This document shows, in pieces, positions 51,260 through 59,751 of a DNA stretch of 64,000 nt (the first letter of the stretch is position 1; each line of letters begins with the position of its first letter). This DNA is from a virus: positions 36,643-100,642 of the IMG/VR virus record IMGVR_UViG_3300037502_003888. The stretch is one strand, 5' to 3'. Made by a program: the position numbers and the translations under genes. The notes beneath the pieces were generated by a model, which had not been told where the DNA came from, did no database searches, and saw nothing but the letters and a program-made list of their open reading frames with translations.

Positions 51260-52325
51260 TGTATTCTACTTCGAGATCCGTGAGCTCAGGATACATGGGA
51301 AGGCTCAAGATCCTGCGGCTCAAGGCACTGGCCGAGCTCAGGATGTCGGGACCTGGCCACTGCCGGAACACGCCCTGTTCATGCAGCGGTTGGCTGTAGT
51401 GTACACGGGCTTCGATGTGCCGATCCGCCAGCCACTGCTGTAGCTGATCCCGGTGATCCGTGTCGATCACGAACTTATGCACGGCGTGTGTGTCAAAATT
51501 GTGTATGTCAATGAGGCAACGCGCCGGACTTCCCTTGAGACGTGTGATCCAGTAGTTGGCGATGTCACGCCGGCGTCGTTGCCAGGCATCTATGTAACGG
51601 CTTTTGACCGTGAGCTGTGCGCAGTCAACCTCGCTCATGCGACTGTTGGTACCCATGGCGCGATGATTGGGTTTGCCGTTGTCTCGGCACTCCCGCGCGA
51701 AATGCAATAGGTCGCTATGGTCAGTGACAATGGCACCACCGTTGCCATAGCAGTTGAGATTCTTGGTGGGATCAAAACTTATAGCTGCGCTGTGTCCTAG
51801 ACGCTGGCAGTTATTGGCCAACCAATGTTGGGCAGCATCTTCTACGATGGCGATGTTGCGCAATTGTACTCGATCAGCCAAACCTCGATTGTGCCATAGA
51901 TCGTTGATGTCCGCCCCATAGAGGCCTATCATGACCATGGCCTGGCAGGAGTTGATGGCATCCATGGATGTGATGCGAGCTACGCCGTATTCGTCGGTGT
52001 CCATGAACACCACATCCCAGCCCGCACGCATCCATGCATTGGCCGTGGCAGCGTAGGTCAGAGTTGGGATGGCCACCTGCGGTTGCATGGTATGCTGTTC
52101 ACGGAAATACGCTGCCATGATTTCTAGGGCCTGCGTGCCACTGTGACAGGTCACTGCGTATTTGACATGATTACGTCGCGCCAACCAATGCTCGAACTCA
52201 GCGGTGTAGTTGCCGTTCATGACCTGGCCTGATCTCAAGACCTCGTCAGTGATGTCCAGTATTTCCTTGCGCAGGGTGTTGTACTGCCGTTTGACGCCAA
52301 AAAAAGGTACGGTCAGCGTGCTCAA
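51216..52325 (-). CDS. DegT/DnrJ/EryC1/StrS PLP-dependent sugar aminotransferase
   Basis: SGTQAL, VEDAAQ, SFDPTKNL..YGNGG, NSRMSE and LSLPMYPEL. Confidence 0.92.
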   Translation of the reverse strand: MSTLTVPFFGVKRQYNTLRKEILDITDEVLRSGQVMNGNYTAEFEHWLARRNHVKYAVTCHSGTQALEIMAAYFREQHTMQPQVAIPTLTYAATANAWMRAGWDVVFMDTDEYGVARITSMDAINSCQAMVMIGLYGADINDLWHNRGLADRVQLRNIAIVEDAAQHWLANNCQRLGHSAAISFDPTKNLNCYGNGGAIVTDHSDLLHFARECRDNGKPNHRAMGTNSRMSEVDCAQLTVKSRYIDAWQRRRRDIANYWITRLKGSPARCLIDIHNFDTHAVHKFVIDTDHRDQLQQWLADRHIEARVHYSQPLHEQGVFRQWPGPDILSSASALSRRILSLPMYPELTDLEVEYIIDQVLDFYAREHS

Positions 52326-52567
52326 TCTTGACGGGGCCAGCGCAGATAATATTCCGTTACGAGCCTAGGGTCCGTGATCTCGCCGCGTATGGCCACATCG
52401 TAACCCCAGTACCTTGCGTCAGGTTGCGTGTAGTATCGCAGATCATGAGCATGCGCCATGACCCACTGGCCCTTGGCAGTTTCTTGCCATTCCAGCAAGG
52501 GTGCAGCGATCATGATATCAGGATCTTCCACATCGCCTATGTTGAATCTGTGGAACGTGATTTTCAC
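52322..52567 (-). CDS. Small hypothetical phage protein
   Basis: GTG start overlapping the thyX stop; VKITFHRFNIGDVEDPD...WQETAKGQWVM. Confidence 0.65.
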   Translation of the reverse strand: MKITFHRFNIGDVEDPDIMIAAPLLEWQETAKGQWVMAHAHDLRYYTQPDARYWGYDVAIRGEITDPRLVTEYYLRWPRQD

Positions 52568-53235
52568 GGTGCGATGAGACTGTCGGCCATGGGAAAAATC
52601 TTGGCTATGACCTGGGCACAGGCTCGCGCGATCTCCTGGTGTTCCAGTTGTGTGCCATTGGCCGCTCGCAGCTCGATATAGTGTATCCAACTGCGCAGGG
52701 TGCCGTTCATGTAGAGACGGCTCTCTGTGAGTCCTTCGGGCAGCACAGCACGCGCTTGTTCTTTGGCGATGCCATTGGTCACGGCCCATGTATAGGCCGT
52801 GCGTGCTGCCTGGATCACATGTTCTTGGTGTCTCCGCCACTCCTCCTGCAACTGGAAATCGTCTGTGGCTATGCTGTTCTGTCTATTTTTGGGATCTTGC
52901 AGTCTTGCATCTCGTACCACAAAATCAAGCTCTTGAGTTGGGTCGGCATACCGTTGGCTAAACTCTTGAAATGAGAATGAGCGGTGGCGTAGGATCTGTC
53001 GGGCGATGTCTCGGGTAGTGGTGATCTCGATGCAGGCTGACACCATTTCGAGTGGGCTCCAGTGCTGGTGCTGGATGAGGTATCTGATGAGCCGTTCTGA
53101 TGTCTCTGTGTTGTATTGATTGGCGGGGTTTGACACACGGGCGCAAAAGGCCACGAGGTCCTGCGCATCCTCGATGCCCTCTGCGGCAAATTCCTCTGTG
53201 GGTCTTGAATCGGATACCAAGCGAACATGCATCAC
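52564..53235 (-). CDS. thyX: FAD-dependent thymidylate synthase
   Basis: ARVSN, HWSPLE, RQILRHRSFSFQEFSQRY, KEQARAVLP and RSWIHYIELR. Confidence 0.95.
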   Translation of the reverse strand: MMHVRLVSDSRPTEEFAAEGIEDAQDLVAFCARVSNPANQYNTETSERLIRYLIQHQHWSPLEMVSACIEITTTRDIARQILRHRSFSFQEFSQRYADPTQELDFVVRDARLQDPKNRQNSIATDDFQLQEEWRRHQEHVIQAARTAYTWAVTNGIAKEQARAVLPEGLTESRLYMNGTLRSWIHYIELRAANGTQLEHQEIARACAQVIAKIFPMADSLIAP

Positions 53236-53534
53236 ATACCTTTCAGCAGTTTATCGGTTTCGGGCTGCACCAGTTCAGCCACGGCTTCAACATCTAGCAT
53301 GAAGTCTACATCTCGTATTATATCACTGAGTTCCGACAGTTGTCTAGTGATCAGCATCTCGATATCTTCGGTATCTACTCCCTGCCGGCGCAGCATCTGT
53401 ACATTGATGGTTTTTTGCCGGCGACCTTGGAGCTTGATGATGACCTTCTTGATGCATTCTACTGGTACGTCAGTGATGCAGACCTCATCGATGATGTGTT
53501 CCCAGCGACGTATGAATTCCTCACTGAACCGCAT
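53232..53534 (-). CDS. Hypothetical protein
   Basis: Coupled ORF MRFSEEF...WEHII...VPVECIKKV. Confidence 0.65.
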   Translation of the reverse strand: MRFSEEFIRRWEHIIDEVCITDVPVECIKKVIIKLQGRRQKTINVQMLRRQGVDTEDIEMLITRQLSELSDIIRDVDFMLDVEAVAELVQPETDKLLKGM

Positions 53535-54249
53535 CAGCCGCCACCGTCTTTTTGGGACGACCACGGCTTTTTGCAGGAGCCGGGGTTTCTGGCACTACGG
53601 CGTCACTGGCCCGTACGTTGGGAAACATTTTTTCAGCTTCTTTCTTGAGCCTGGCAGCCTCGGCCACTAGACCCTTGGCTTCGGTTTCCATGAGTTTGGC
53701 CTGGCTCAGCATGTTAGCAGCCAAGGCTTTGTCATCCAATGCACCAGTGGGCGATGCCTGCAAGGGCGCTGATCGTTGGCGCTGGCGCTGTTCTTCTTCT
53801 AGTTTCTGGCGCTTGAATTCCGCTTCGGCCTGGCGTTTTTTCTCGGGTGCCACGATACCTTTGTTGGCATCGATCTCGGCCATGCGTTTGGCAGCTTCAC
53901 TGCCGGTGTCGATCTCACGGATCAAACGATTGAGTTCGTCGAGTTTCACTGAACTCGTGGGTGTGGGCGTCACGATGATGTGTTCGGATGCTACTTTTTT
54001 CAGCATGCCTTCGCGGTGCAAGGCTTCTAAGATCGGCCGACCATCGGGCAATAGGTTGCGATGCAGGGCATCAGCCAGGCTGTTTGCAGACTGTCCCGTG
54101 GGGCTTTCGATGACCTTCATGATGGTGTCGTGTATGTGCGATGGTAGCACATCTGGATAGATCACCAAGCACATGTGATCGTTTCCGGGTATCTCCCGGA
54201 ACACAATGGCCACTTTGCGGTCGCCGTGTCTACCTATGTGTTTAAGCAT
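53521..54249 (-). CDS. Hypothetical phage protein with coiled-coil, basic C-terminus
   Basis: GGAG RBS, MLKHIG start, ends with a KSRGRPKK AT-hook-like motif. Confidence 0.75.
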   Translation of the reverse strand: MLKHIGRHGDRKVAIVFREIPGNDHMCLVIYPDVLPSHIHDTIMKVIESPTGQSANSLADALHRNLLPDGRPILEALHREGMLKKVASEHIIVTPTPTSSVKLDELNRLIREIDTGSEAAKRMAEIDANKGIVAPEKKRQAEAEFKRQKLEEEQRQRQRSAPLQASPTGALDDKALAANMLSQAKLMETEAKGLVAEAARLKKEAEKMFPNVRASDAVVPETPAPAKSRGRPKKTVAADAVQ

Positions 54250-54466
54250 TGGATTCTCCTTGATTGGCAGTGCCAGAATCGGGGTCGGTCTCAGACATGG
54301 CGTTGCTGTGATCTACAAAAGTCTTGAGCCTATCAAAAATAGGTCCAATAGAGCTCATCTCGTTGGCACGGAAAGCACCACGACTGCAGGCCACATCAAT
54401 GATGGTGACCAATGACGCCATGTCGGTCACGGTCAGAGTTGGTGGGATTGGGGTTTGATTTTCCAT
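54242..54466 (-). CDS. Small hypothetical protein (IDVACSRGAF motif)
   Basis: TAAATA 5 nt upstream; overlaps the next gene. Confidence 0.7.
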   Translation of the reverse strand: MENQTPIPPTLTVTDMASLVTIIDVACSRGAFRANEMSSIGPIFDRLKTFVDHSNAMSETDPDSGTANQGESNA

Positions 54467-54496
54467 GCAGATATTTACGTCAGATCTGCATGGAAA
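54460..54496 (-). promoter_or_regulatory. 13-bp perfect hairpin sequestering the ATG, with a TAAATA late promoter in the loop
   Basis: TTTCCATGCAGAT (54460-54472) pairs with ATCTGCATGGAAA (54484-54496); TATTTA at 54472-54477. Confidence 0.75.
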
Positions 54497-54505
54497 CTAG
54501 ATTTT

Positions 54506-55792
54506 TCAATGCCGGCCAGTGCGATGATCGTCGTACACGGCCCAGGTGCCAAACGGGGGATGTGGATCTCGGTCGCCGTGTATGATCCATACAGTGTCGC
54601 AGTAATTGTCATCGCCCCAGGATCCGCAGGGGTAACCATCTGTGAACACCACCAACTTGTTGGGCACTATGTCTTCGTTTCTGAGATGTGCAAAGATACA
54701 GTCAAAGTCCGTGCCGCCACCGCCGCGCAGTTCGTACTGATCTATGTCTTTGAGATTCTCTGAAGTGAACACTTCCACACCATACACATCAGTGTCAAAG
54801 CAGAACAAGTGTATGCGATACTGACCAAACTCGCTCATGATGCCGGCTACTTCAGACACAAAGTCACGGCCCTGTTGCTCGCCGATACTGCCCGACATGT
54901 CAATGGCCACTGCGATATCGATCATGAAGTCATTGTCCATGCCTGGCATCACAGCGTCATGATGCCAGTTACGCCGGCTGGGACGCATCCAAGTGTAGTC
55001 ATCTTTGATGGTGCTCTTGAGCTCGGTCTGGATCAGTTCACGCCAGTTCATGCGTGGCTCAGTCATGGCCGATATCATGCGTTTGACGCCGGCTGGGATC
55101 TGCCCAGCATTGTCACAGCTCTGCGCGGCATTGAGCACGGCCTCTTTGACTTCGTCACGCAGGCGCTCGCGCTCTTCTTTGCTCATGCGCACAGGACCTT
55201 TGCCGTCCTGGCCATCACCGTCGCCGGCACTGTCTTGATCATCGCCGTCCATGTGCTCGTCCAAGAGCTTGTCGATGAGATCATCGAGACTGATCTTTTC
55301 GGCATTTTCATAGAGATCGTCGTAGACCTCTTCACTGCTCATGCCATCGTACTTGTTGTCATAGAGGCACGGCACTGTGGTGATGAACTCACCCACGCGA
55401 TGTTTTTTGAGATCCGCGTTGACGCAGAAGTCATTGGCAATGTTCCAAAGTTTGGGATCACGATCTCCGCGACGCCCAAAGTGATCATACACCACGTGCA
55501 GGACTTCGTGTCCAAACAGGAACTCCAGTTCACGTGGCTTCAGCATGTTGACGAAGCGGCTGTTGTAGTAGAAGTGACGTCCGTCTGTGGCTGCAGTGGC
55601 CAACCACTCGTCGGCATTGACCAGACGCAGCCGCGTGGCCAAGTTACCAAAGAAACTGGCACGCAACAGCATGCCCACGCGAGCAGTGATCATCTTTTCA
55701 CGCGCTTCACGATCCACGCGCGAGTCCATGGGTCCAATGAGATTGGCAAATTTTTTGGCGTCGTCTTTGTTGACTGTGCTTTGCTGGGTCAT
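54506..55792 (-). CDS. vWA-domain protein with N-terminal HExxH metallopeptidase-like domain (DUF2201-type)
   Basis: TAATDG, HEVLH, DMSGS MIDAS motif, GGGGTDF and FTDG. Confidence 0.9.
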   Translation of the reverse strand: MTQQSTVNKDDAKKFANLIGPMDSRVDREAREKMITARVGMLLRASFFGNLATRLRLVNADEWLATAATDGRHFYYNSRFVNMLKPRELEFLFGHEVLHVVYDHFGRRGDRDPKLWNIANDFCVNADLKKHRVGEFITTVPCLYDNKYDGMSSEEVYDDLYENAEKISLDDLIDKLLDEHMDGDDQDSAGDGDGQDGKGPVRMSKEERERLRDEVKEAVLNAAQSCDNAGQIPAGVKRMISAMTEPRMNWRELIQTELKSTIKDDYTWMRPSRRNWHHDAVMPGMDNDFMIDIAVAIDMSGSIGEQQGRDFVSEVAGIMSEFGQYRIHLFCFDTDVYGVEVFTSENLKDIDQYELRGGGGTDFDCIFAHLRNEDIVPNKLVVFTDGYPCGSWGDDNYCDTVWIIHGDRDPHPPFGTWAVYDDHRTGRH

Positions 55793-56901
55793 GTCTGCTC
55801 CTCGATTATATCCATATTATACAATGAATTGAATTTCTGGTCAACCTGGCTGATCACGGCGCCAAACATGTGATCTACACGGTGCTGCCATCCACCTTCG
55901 ATGATCTGCATGTGGCGATAATTGTGCTCCAGCACTGGCAGCGCCTGCTGGTAGAATCGCTGGGCGCCCTGGGCCACTATGCTTTCCAGCTGATCCACCA
56001 TGGCTCGCACGCGATCCTGTAGATGGAAATAGTCATCGTAGCTCTCGTCGATGATGTCACCAAACGTCTTGAAGCCCAGGCTGTGCAGGAATTTTAGATA
56101 GTGTTGATTGGCCACCATGAGGAATGGTGTTTTGGTGACCATGGGTTTGATGGTCTTTTCGGTGAGGAAATATCCGTGACGATAAAATGTCTCGGGCACC
56201 ACTTCCAACCAGCTGTGGCGATAGAGATCCATGCTGGGATACCATTCGCGGCCATCGTCCCAGTGGGGCTGTAGGCCCAGCCAAGTGCTACGACGATGTT
56301 TGGCACTGACCCAACCACGGTCCAGCAGGCCGGGTCTGCTCTGGAGCTCGGTCCACAATGCCGCACGATGTGGTCGCGTGCGTTTGATGATCATAGTCAG
56401 CATAAAGTCTCGGCTCTGGGCATGCTTGTCCAGCCTCGTGCCTTCGATCCTCAGCATGCGGCACCAACGATTTAGTTCCCAAGGCAGGATCGAGATGTGC
56501 TGTAATCTCTGCATCCAATTGTGTTGGGTGGGTCGGGCATCCACCCAGATCCAGCACTGTTGCGGTGGGATCGAGGCATCTAATTTTTGCAACCAGCCCT
56601 GGCATCGGTTGATGATGTCAAAGCTGTCGTAGTTGGCCCAGACCAGCATGCGATTGTGCTGCAGATACTGCCTGATACGATCCCAGCATCTAGGCCATTG
56701 CAACATCAGTTCAAAAATCCCGCTGCTCAAGATCAGCACAGTGTCCTGGCACTCCAGGAGATCGTCGGGCACATCATATCTACGATCGGCCTGGGCAGTG
56801 CATTGCCATAGATCTCGTTTTTCGTAGCTCATGCGGTTGAAATCGAGATACTCAGTCAACAGGCTGAGATTTTCACTGTTGCAGTCAGCGATCCAGCGCA
56901 T
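55789..56901 (-). CDS. GT10-like 'TEKT' family putative glycosyltransferase
   Basis: VVPET...FLTEKTIKPM...PF...L..LGFKTFGDIIDESYD; start reassigned to ATG 56901. Confidence 0.6.
   Translation of the reverse strand: MRWIADCNSENLSLLTEYLDFNRMSYEKRDLWQCTAQADRRYDVPDDLLECQDTVLILSSGIFELMLQWPRCWDRIRQYLQHNRMLVWANYDSFDIINRCQGWLQKLDASIPPQQCWIWVDARPTQHNWMQRLQHISILPWELNRWCRMLRIEGTRLDKHAQSRDFMLTMIIKRTRPHRAALWTELQSRPGLLDRGWVSAKHRRSTWLGLQPHWDDGREWYPSMDLYRHSWLEVVPETFYRHGYFLTEKTIKPMVTKTPFLMVANQHYLKFLHSLGFKTFGDIIDESYDDYFHLQDRVRAMVDQLESIVAQGAQRFYQQALPVLEHNYRHMQIIEGGWQHRVDHMFGAVISQVDQKFNSLYNMDIIEEQT
55816..55844 (-). promoter_or_regulatory. Early sigma70-type promoter (conserved TTGACCA.AAATTC family)
   Basis: TTGACC-AGAAATTCAATTCATTG-TATAAT with a 17-nt spacer, followed by GAGGAG RBS. 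Confidence 0.8.
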
Positions 56902-56903
56902 GT

Positions 56904-57161
56904 CTAGTTCCTCTGATACTTCAGCGCGAACAGCGTGGCCATGCGTGGATCTCGCCAATAAAAATTAACGTGCCAGGCATTGCCGGGAACATCCCCGTCC
57001 AAGGAAAAGGTTGGTGCCCACTGCCAAGGCCGTCTAGGGCCGCTGGCACCAAATTCACGATGCACTGCACGCAGGAACTTCTGGAAGTCACTGTGGCTGT
57101 AGGGATCAAACTGCACCTGCACCACAGTGAACTCCGACAGTGGATCCTCTGAGTCAGGCAC
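56904..57161 (-). CDS. Small hypothetical protein
   Basis: GTG start overlapping the ATPase stop; ends ATLFALKY. Confidence 0.6.
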   Translation of the reverse strand: MPDSEDPLSEFTVVQVQFDPYSHSDFQKFLRAVHREFGASGPRRPWQWAPTFSLDGDVPGNAWHVNFYWRDPRMATLFALKYQRN

Positions 57162-58261
57162 TAGTCTGCTTTACTGCCCAAAATGTACTTGCCAAAGCGC
57201 TGATGGAACTCATCAAAGTGCTTGAGCTTGGTGGGCAAAAACGGGAGATTGTAAGTGGTCAGGGCCAAACGTGCGCCCATGACAGTGATCTCAGTCTCAA
57301 AATTGTCCATCATGAACCGGAAGAAGTAGTCAGCCATGGTGTTGAAATCTTTGTCTGCCACTCGGCGAACTTCCACAGCATCGCGCAGTTCATAGCACAG
57401 ACTTGTGACAAGACTGTACATGGCACTGACGTCTTTGACCTCTAGCTCTTTGACTTTGCCCGCCAAGATGTCCTGTGGATCCGGCATGCGGCTCGACACT
57501 TTGCGATGCGCCATGAACTTCACAGCCAAGCCCTCGCCCACAGCACCAGAGATTAGATCTGTGGCAGTGCTTTCGTCCATGTCATCATCTTCCAGGAGCT
57601 CGCTGACGAAAGTCCAGCTACGTGGCGTAGCGAACGCACGGCTGGCACTTTTTGAATCAAAGTCATAGAGATCCTGTTTTGCAAAAGTGAGATAGCCCAC
57701 TACATCTTTGTGGATGCCGCGACGCACGGCCCAGTCCTGCCATGCGCCAAAGTCTGCACGCATTTCGATGTGCAGGAAGCGATTGGCCAGCGGAGTAGGC
57801 ATGCGATATGTCACGCCTTTGTCCGATTCGCGATTGCCTGCAGCCGCGATCACTACATTGTCCGGCAAGACATAGCGACCGATGCGCCGATTCAAGATCA
57901 ACTGATAGGCTGCCGCCTGCACCGCAGGAGCCGCGGAGTTCATCTCGTCCAAGAACAACACCACAACAGGATACTGGCTGGCGAACTCCGCGTCAGGCAA
58001 GTCAATGGGCGGAGCCCAATCCATCTTGCCAGCGTCGCGATTGTAAAACGGAATGCCGCGCACGTCAGTGGGATCCATCTGTCCCAAGCGCAGATCGATC
58101 ATGAAACCGCCCAGCTCGTCAGCGATGCCAGCCACTACTTCACTTTTGCCAATGCCCGGAGGACCCCACAGAAAGATAGGCCGGCGTTTTTGGAATGCTT
58201 TGAGCAGGGCCTTGCGTGCGCCCACAGAAGTAACTGTGCGATGATCGCTGACAGCAGTCAT
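57161..58261 (-). CDS. MoxR-like AAA+ ATPase, partner of the vWA protein
   Basis: GPPGIGKS Walker A, LFLDE Walker B, AAGNR, LANRF and TPRSW. Confidence 0.9.
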   Translation of the reverse strand: MTAVSDHRTVTSVGARKALLKAFQKRRPIFLWGPPGIGKSEVVAGIADELGGFMIDLRLGQMDPTDVRGIPFYNRDAGKMDWAPPIDLPDAEFASQYPVVVLFLDEMNSAAPAVQAAAYQLILNRRIGRYVLPDNVVIAAAGNRESDKGVTYRMPTPLANRFLHIEMRADFGAWQDWAVRRGIHKDVVGYLTFAKQDLYDFDSKSASRAFATPRSWTFVSELLEDDDMDESTATDLISGAVGEGLAVKFMAHRKVSSRMPDPQDILAGKVKELEVKDVSAMYSLVTSLCYELRDAVEVRRVADKDFNTMADYFFRFMMDNFETEITVMGARLALTTYNLPFLPTKLKHFDEFHQRFGKYILGSKAD

Positions 58262-58295
58262 GTAGATCTCCTTGTTGAAAAATTAGTATAAAGCG

Positions 58296-58324
58296 ATTTT
58301 ACGCTGAAATGAATTTGTGGTCAA
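58296..58324 (-). promoter_or_regulatory. Early sigma70-type promoter
   Basis: TTGACC-ACAAATTCATTTCAGCG-TAAAAT with a 17-nt spacer. Confidence 0.75.
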
Positions 58325-58342
58325 CCGTGAGGTTAGTACCCG

Positions 58343-58570
58343 CTAACATCCGCGCTCGGCGTCGCGATGCGTGCCCGCGATGAGATCCACGATGTCTTGC
58401 TTGAGGTCAGCGATCTCTTGATGCGGAACATAGAAGTCCGTGCGTGGATCCCAGTATTCTCCGGCCCGTGGATCGTAATATAGCACGCGGCCGTTGGGGT
58501 AGTGGAACGGACCTTCTAGGCCCTGGCGTGGTCCAAAATTTGGATCGCGTTGGAAAACCGTGTAACCCAT
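58343..58570 (-). CDS. Small hypothetical phage protein
   Basis: GAGGAG RBS and its own promoter; GLEGPF...LYYDP..GEYWDP.TDFYV. Confidence 0.75.
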   Translation of the reverse strand: MGYTVFQRDPNFGPRQGLEGPFHYPNGRVLYYDPRAGEYWDPRTDFYVPHQEIADLKQDIVDLIAGTHRDAERGC

Positions 58571-58593
58571 GCTGTCTCCTCACTGTAACCCAT

Positions 58594-58622
58594 ATTATAG
58601 CAGGCAGCGAATTTCTGGTCAA
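58594..58622 (-). promoter_or_regulatory. Early sigma70-type promoter
   Basis: TTGACC-AGAAATTCGCTGCCTGC-TATAAT with a 17-nt spacer. Confidence 0.8.
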
Positions 58623-58984
58623 CTGGGTGTCTTCTGGCTGTCCCCGGGCAAGACCCTGTGGTTATCTTCCACGCTGTCGGCGGTTGACACTTCCATGACA
58701 CTGCCAGCCTTGTAGCACACCAGCTGATGTGGCATCAAGGGAGGGTTGTGCCAGGTGTCGCCGGCACGCAGGATCTGTTCGTGCAGTTCGGCGGTCTTGG
58801 TGTCGATCCAGCGCACTACAAACTCACCGCTCTGTACCAGCCATGATTCGTCTTTGTGGGCATGGAAGTGCATGCTGAATCGTCGTCCCGCTTCAAAAGT
58901 CATGATCTTACCGCAGTATTGATCCGTGGTGGCCCAGATCATTTCATGTCCCCAGCCTTTGTCCACGCGTCCTTGTAGTCTCAT
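58619..58984 (-). CDS. Cupin-fold sugar isomerase/epimerase-like protein
   Basis: KGWGHE, SMHFH..KDE, PHQL, EVST and R..PGD. Confidence 0.8.
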   Translation of the reverse strand: MRLQGRVDKGWGHEMIWATTDQYCGKIMTFEAGRRFSMHFHAHKDESWLVQSGEFVVRWIDTKTAELHEQILRAGDTWHNPPLMPHQLVCYKAGSVMEVSTADSVEDNHRVLPGDSQKTPS

Positions 58985-59751
58985 TGGATCTCCTCGAGTC
59001 GGGGTGCATAGACCCCCAGATGCTGCACTGTCACGGCCGCGGCTCTCACAGCAAAGGCCGTGGCCCTGGCCAGGTCCCCCGCCATGAGATACTCGCGTGT
59101 GAGCGCAGCCAAGAAAGTGTCACCGGCGCCGCACACGTCACTGACTTCTACCTGTGGTGCGGGAAATGTGCGTTCGGGCTGCCTTGCTTCCAGCAGCATG
59201 GCACCTCGGGCGCCCAGGGTCACGATCATGACTTCTGCGGTGCTGCTGCGAGCACGGTGTTCAGCTTCGTTGATCTTGACTATGAAGCCAGTCAATCGGC
59301 CCAGATCAGGCTGTTTGGTATCAATGAATATGGGTCCTTGATATACACGCCTGAGATCCCGCAACAACCTTCCATCAATGAATCCCTTGGCATAGTCTGA
59401 TATCACTATGGCCTGGGCCCAGGTCAGGTCCGAAACAGCGATGCTGTCAAAATCCAGGGCTTGATTGGCGAGGTCGTCGTCGATCCTCAGGATGTGTTGC
59501 CGGCTGCGTATGTCTATGATGCGTGTTTTGGTACTGGGCTCGCTGAGATATTCGCGCACCTCGCAGCCCAACGACAAGAGATTTTCTCGCACATTGCCGG
59601 CCATGCCGGGTTTGGTGTCCTGATGTGCGAATTTGAACACCGGCACTGGTGCTTCGGGACTGATGCGGTCTACCGTGCCATAACGGTAAACATCAATGCA
59701 GTTATCGCCCAGCAGCAATACGCGCAATGGTGGATGTGGTTGAGTGACCAT
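58981..59751 (-). CDS. PfkB-family heptose-7-phosphate kinase (HldE/RfaE kinase domain-like)
   Basis: RISPEAPVPV, GMAGNV..N, SDYAKG and DVCGAGDTF. Confidence 0.88.
   Translation of the reverse strand: MVTQPHPPLRVLLLGDNCIDVYRYGTVDRISPEAPVPVFKFAHQDTKPGMAGNVRENLLSLGCEVREYLSEPSTKTRIIDIRSRQHILRIDDDLANQALDFDSIAVSDLTWAQAIVISDYAKGFIDGRLLRDLRRVYQGPIFIDTKQPDLGRLTGFIVKINEAEHRARSSTAEVMIVTLGARGAMLLEARQPERTFPAPQVEVSDVCGAGDTFLAALTREYLMAGDLARATAFAVRAAAVTVQHLGVYAPRLEEIQ

Noticed and set aside
52568-52840. N-terminal extension of track ORF 52322..52840
   Set aside because: It overlaps thyX; a coupled GTG at 52567 is more plausible.
54809-55873. 354-aa plus-strand ORF
   Set aside because: Antisense to the well-supported vWA gene.
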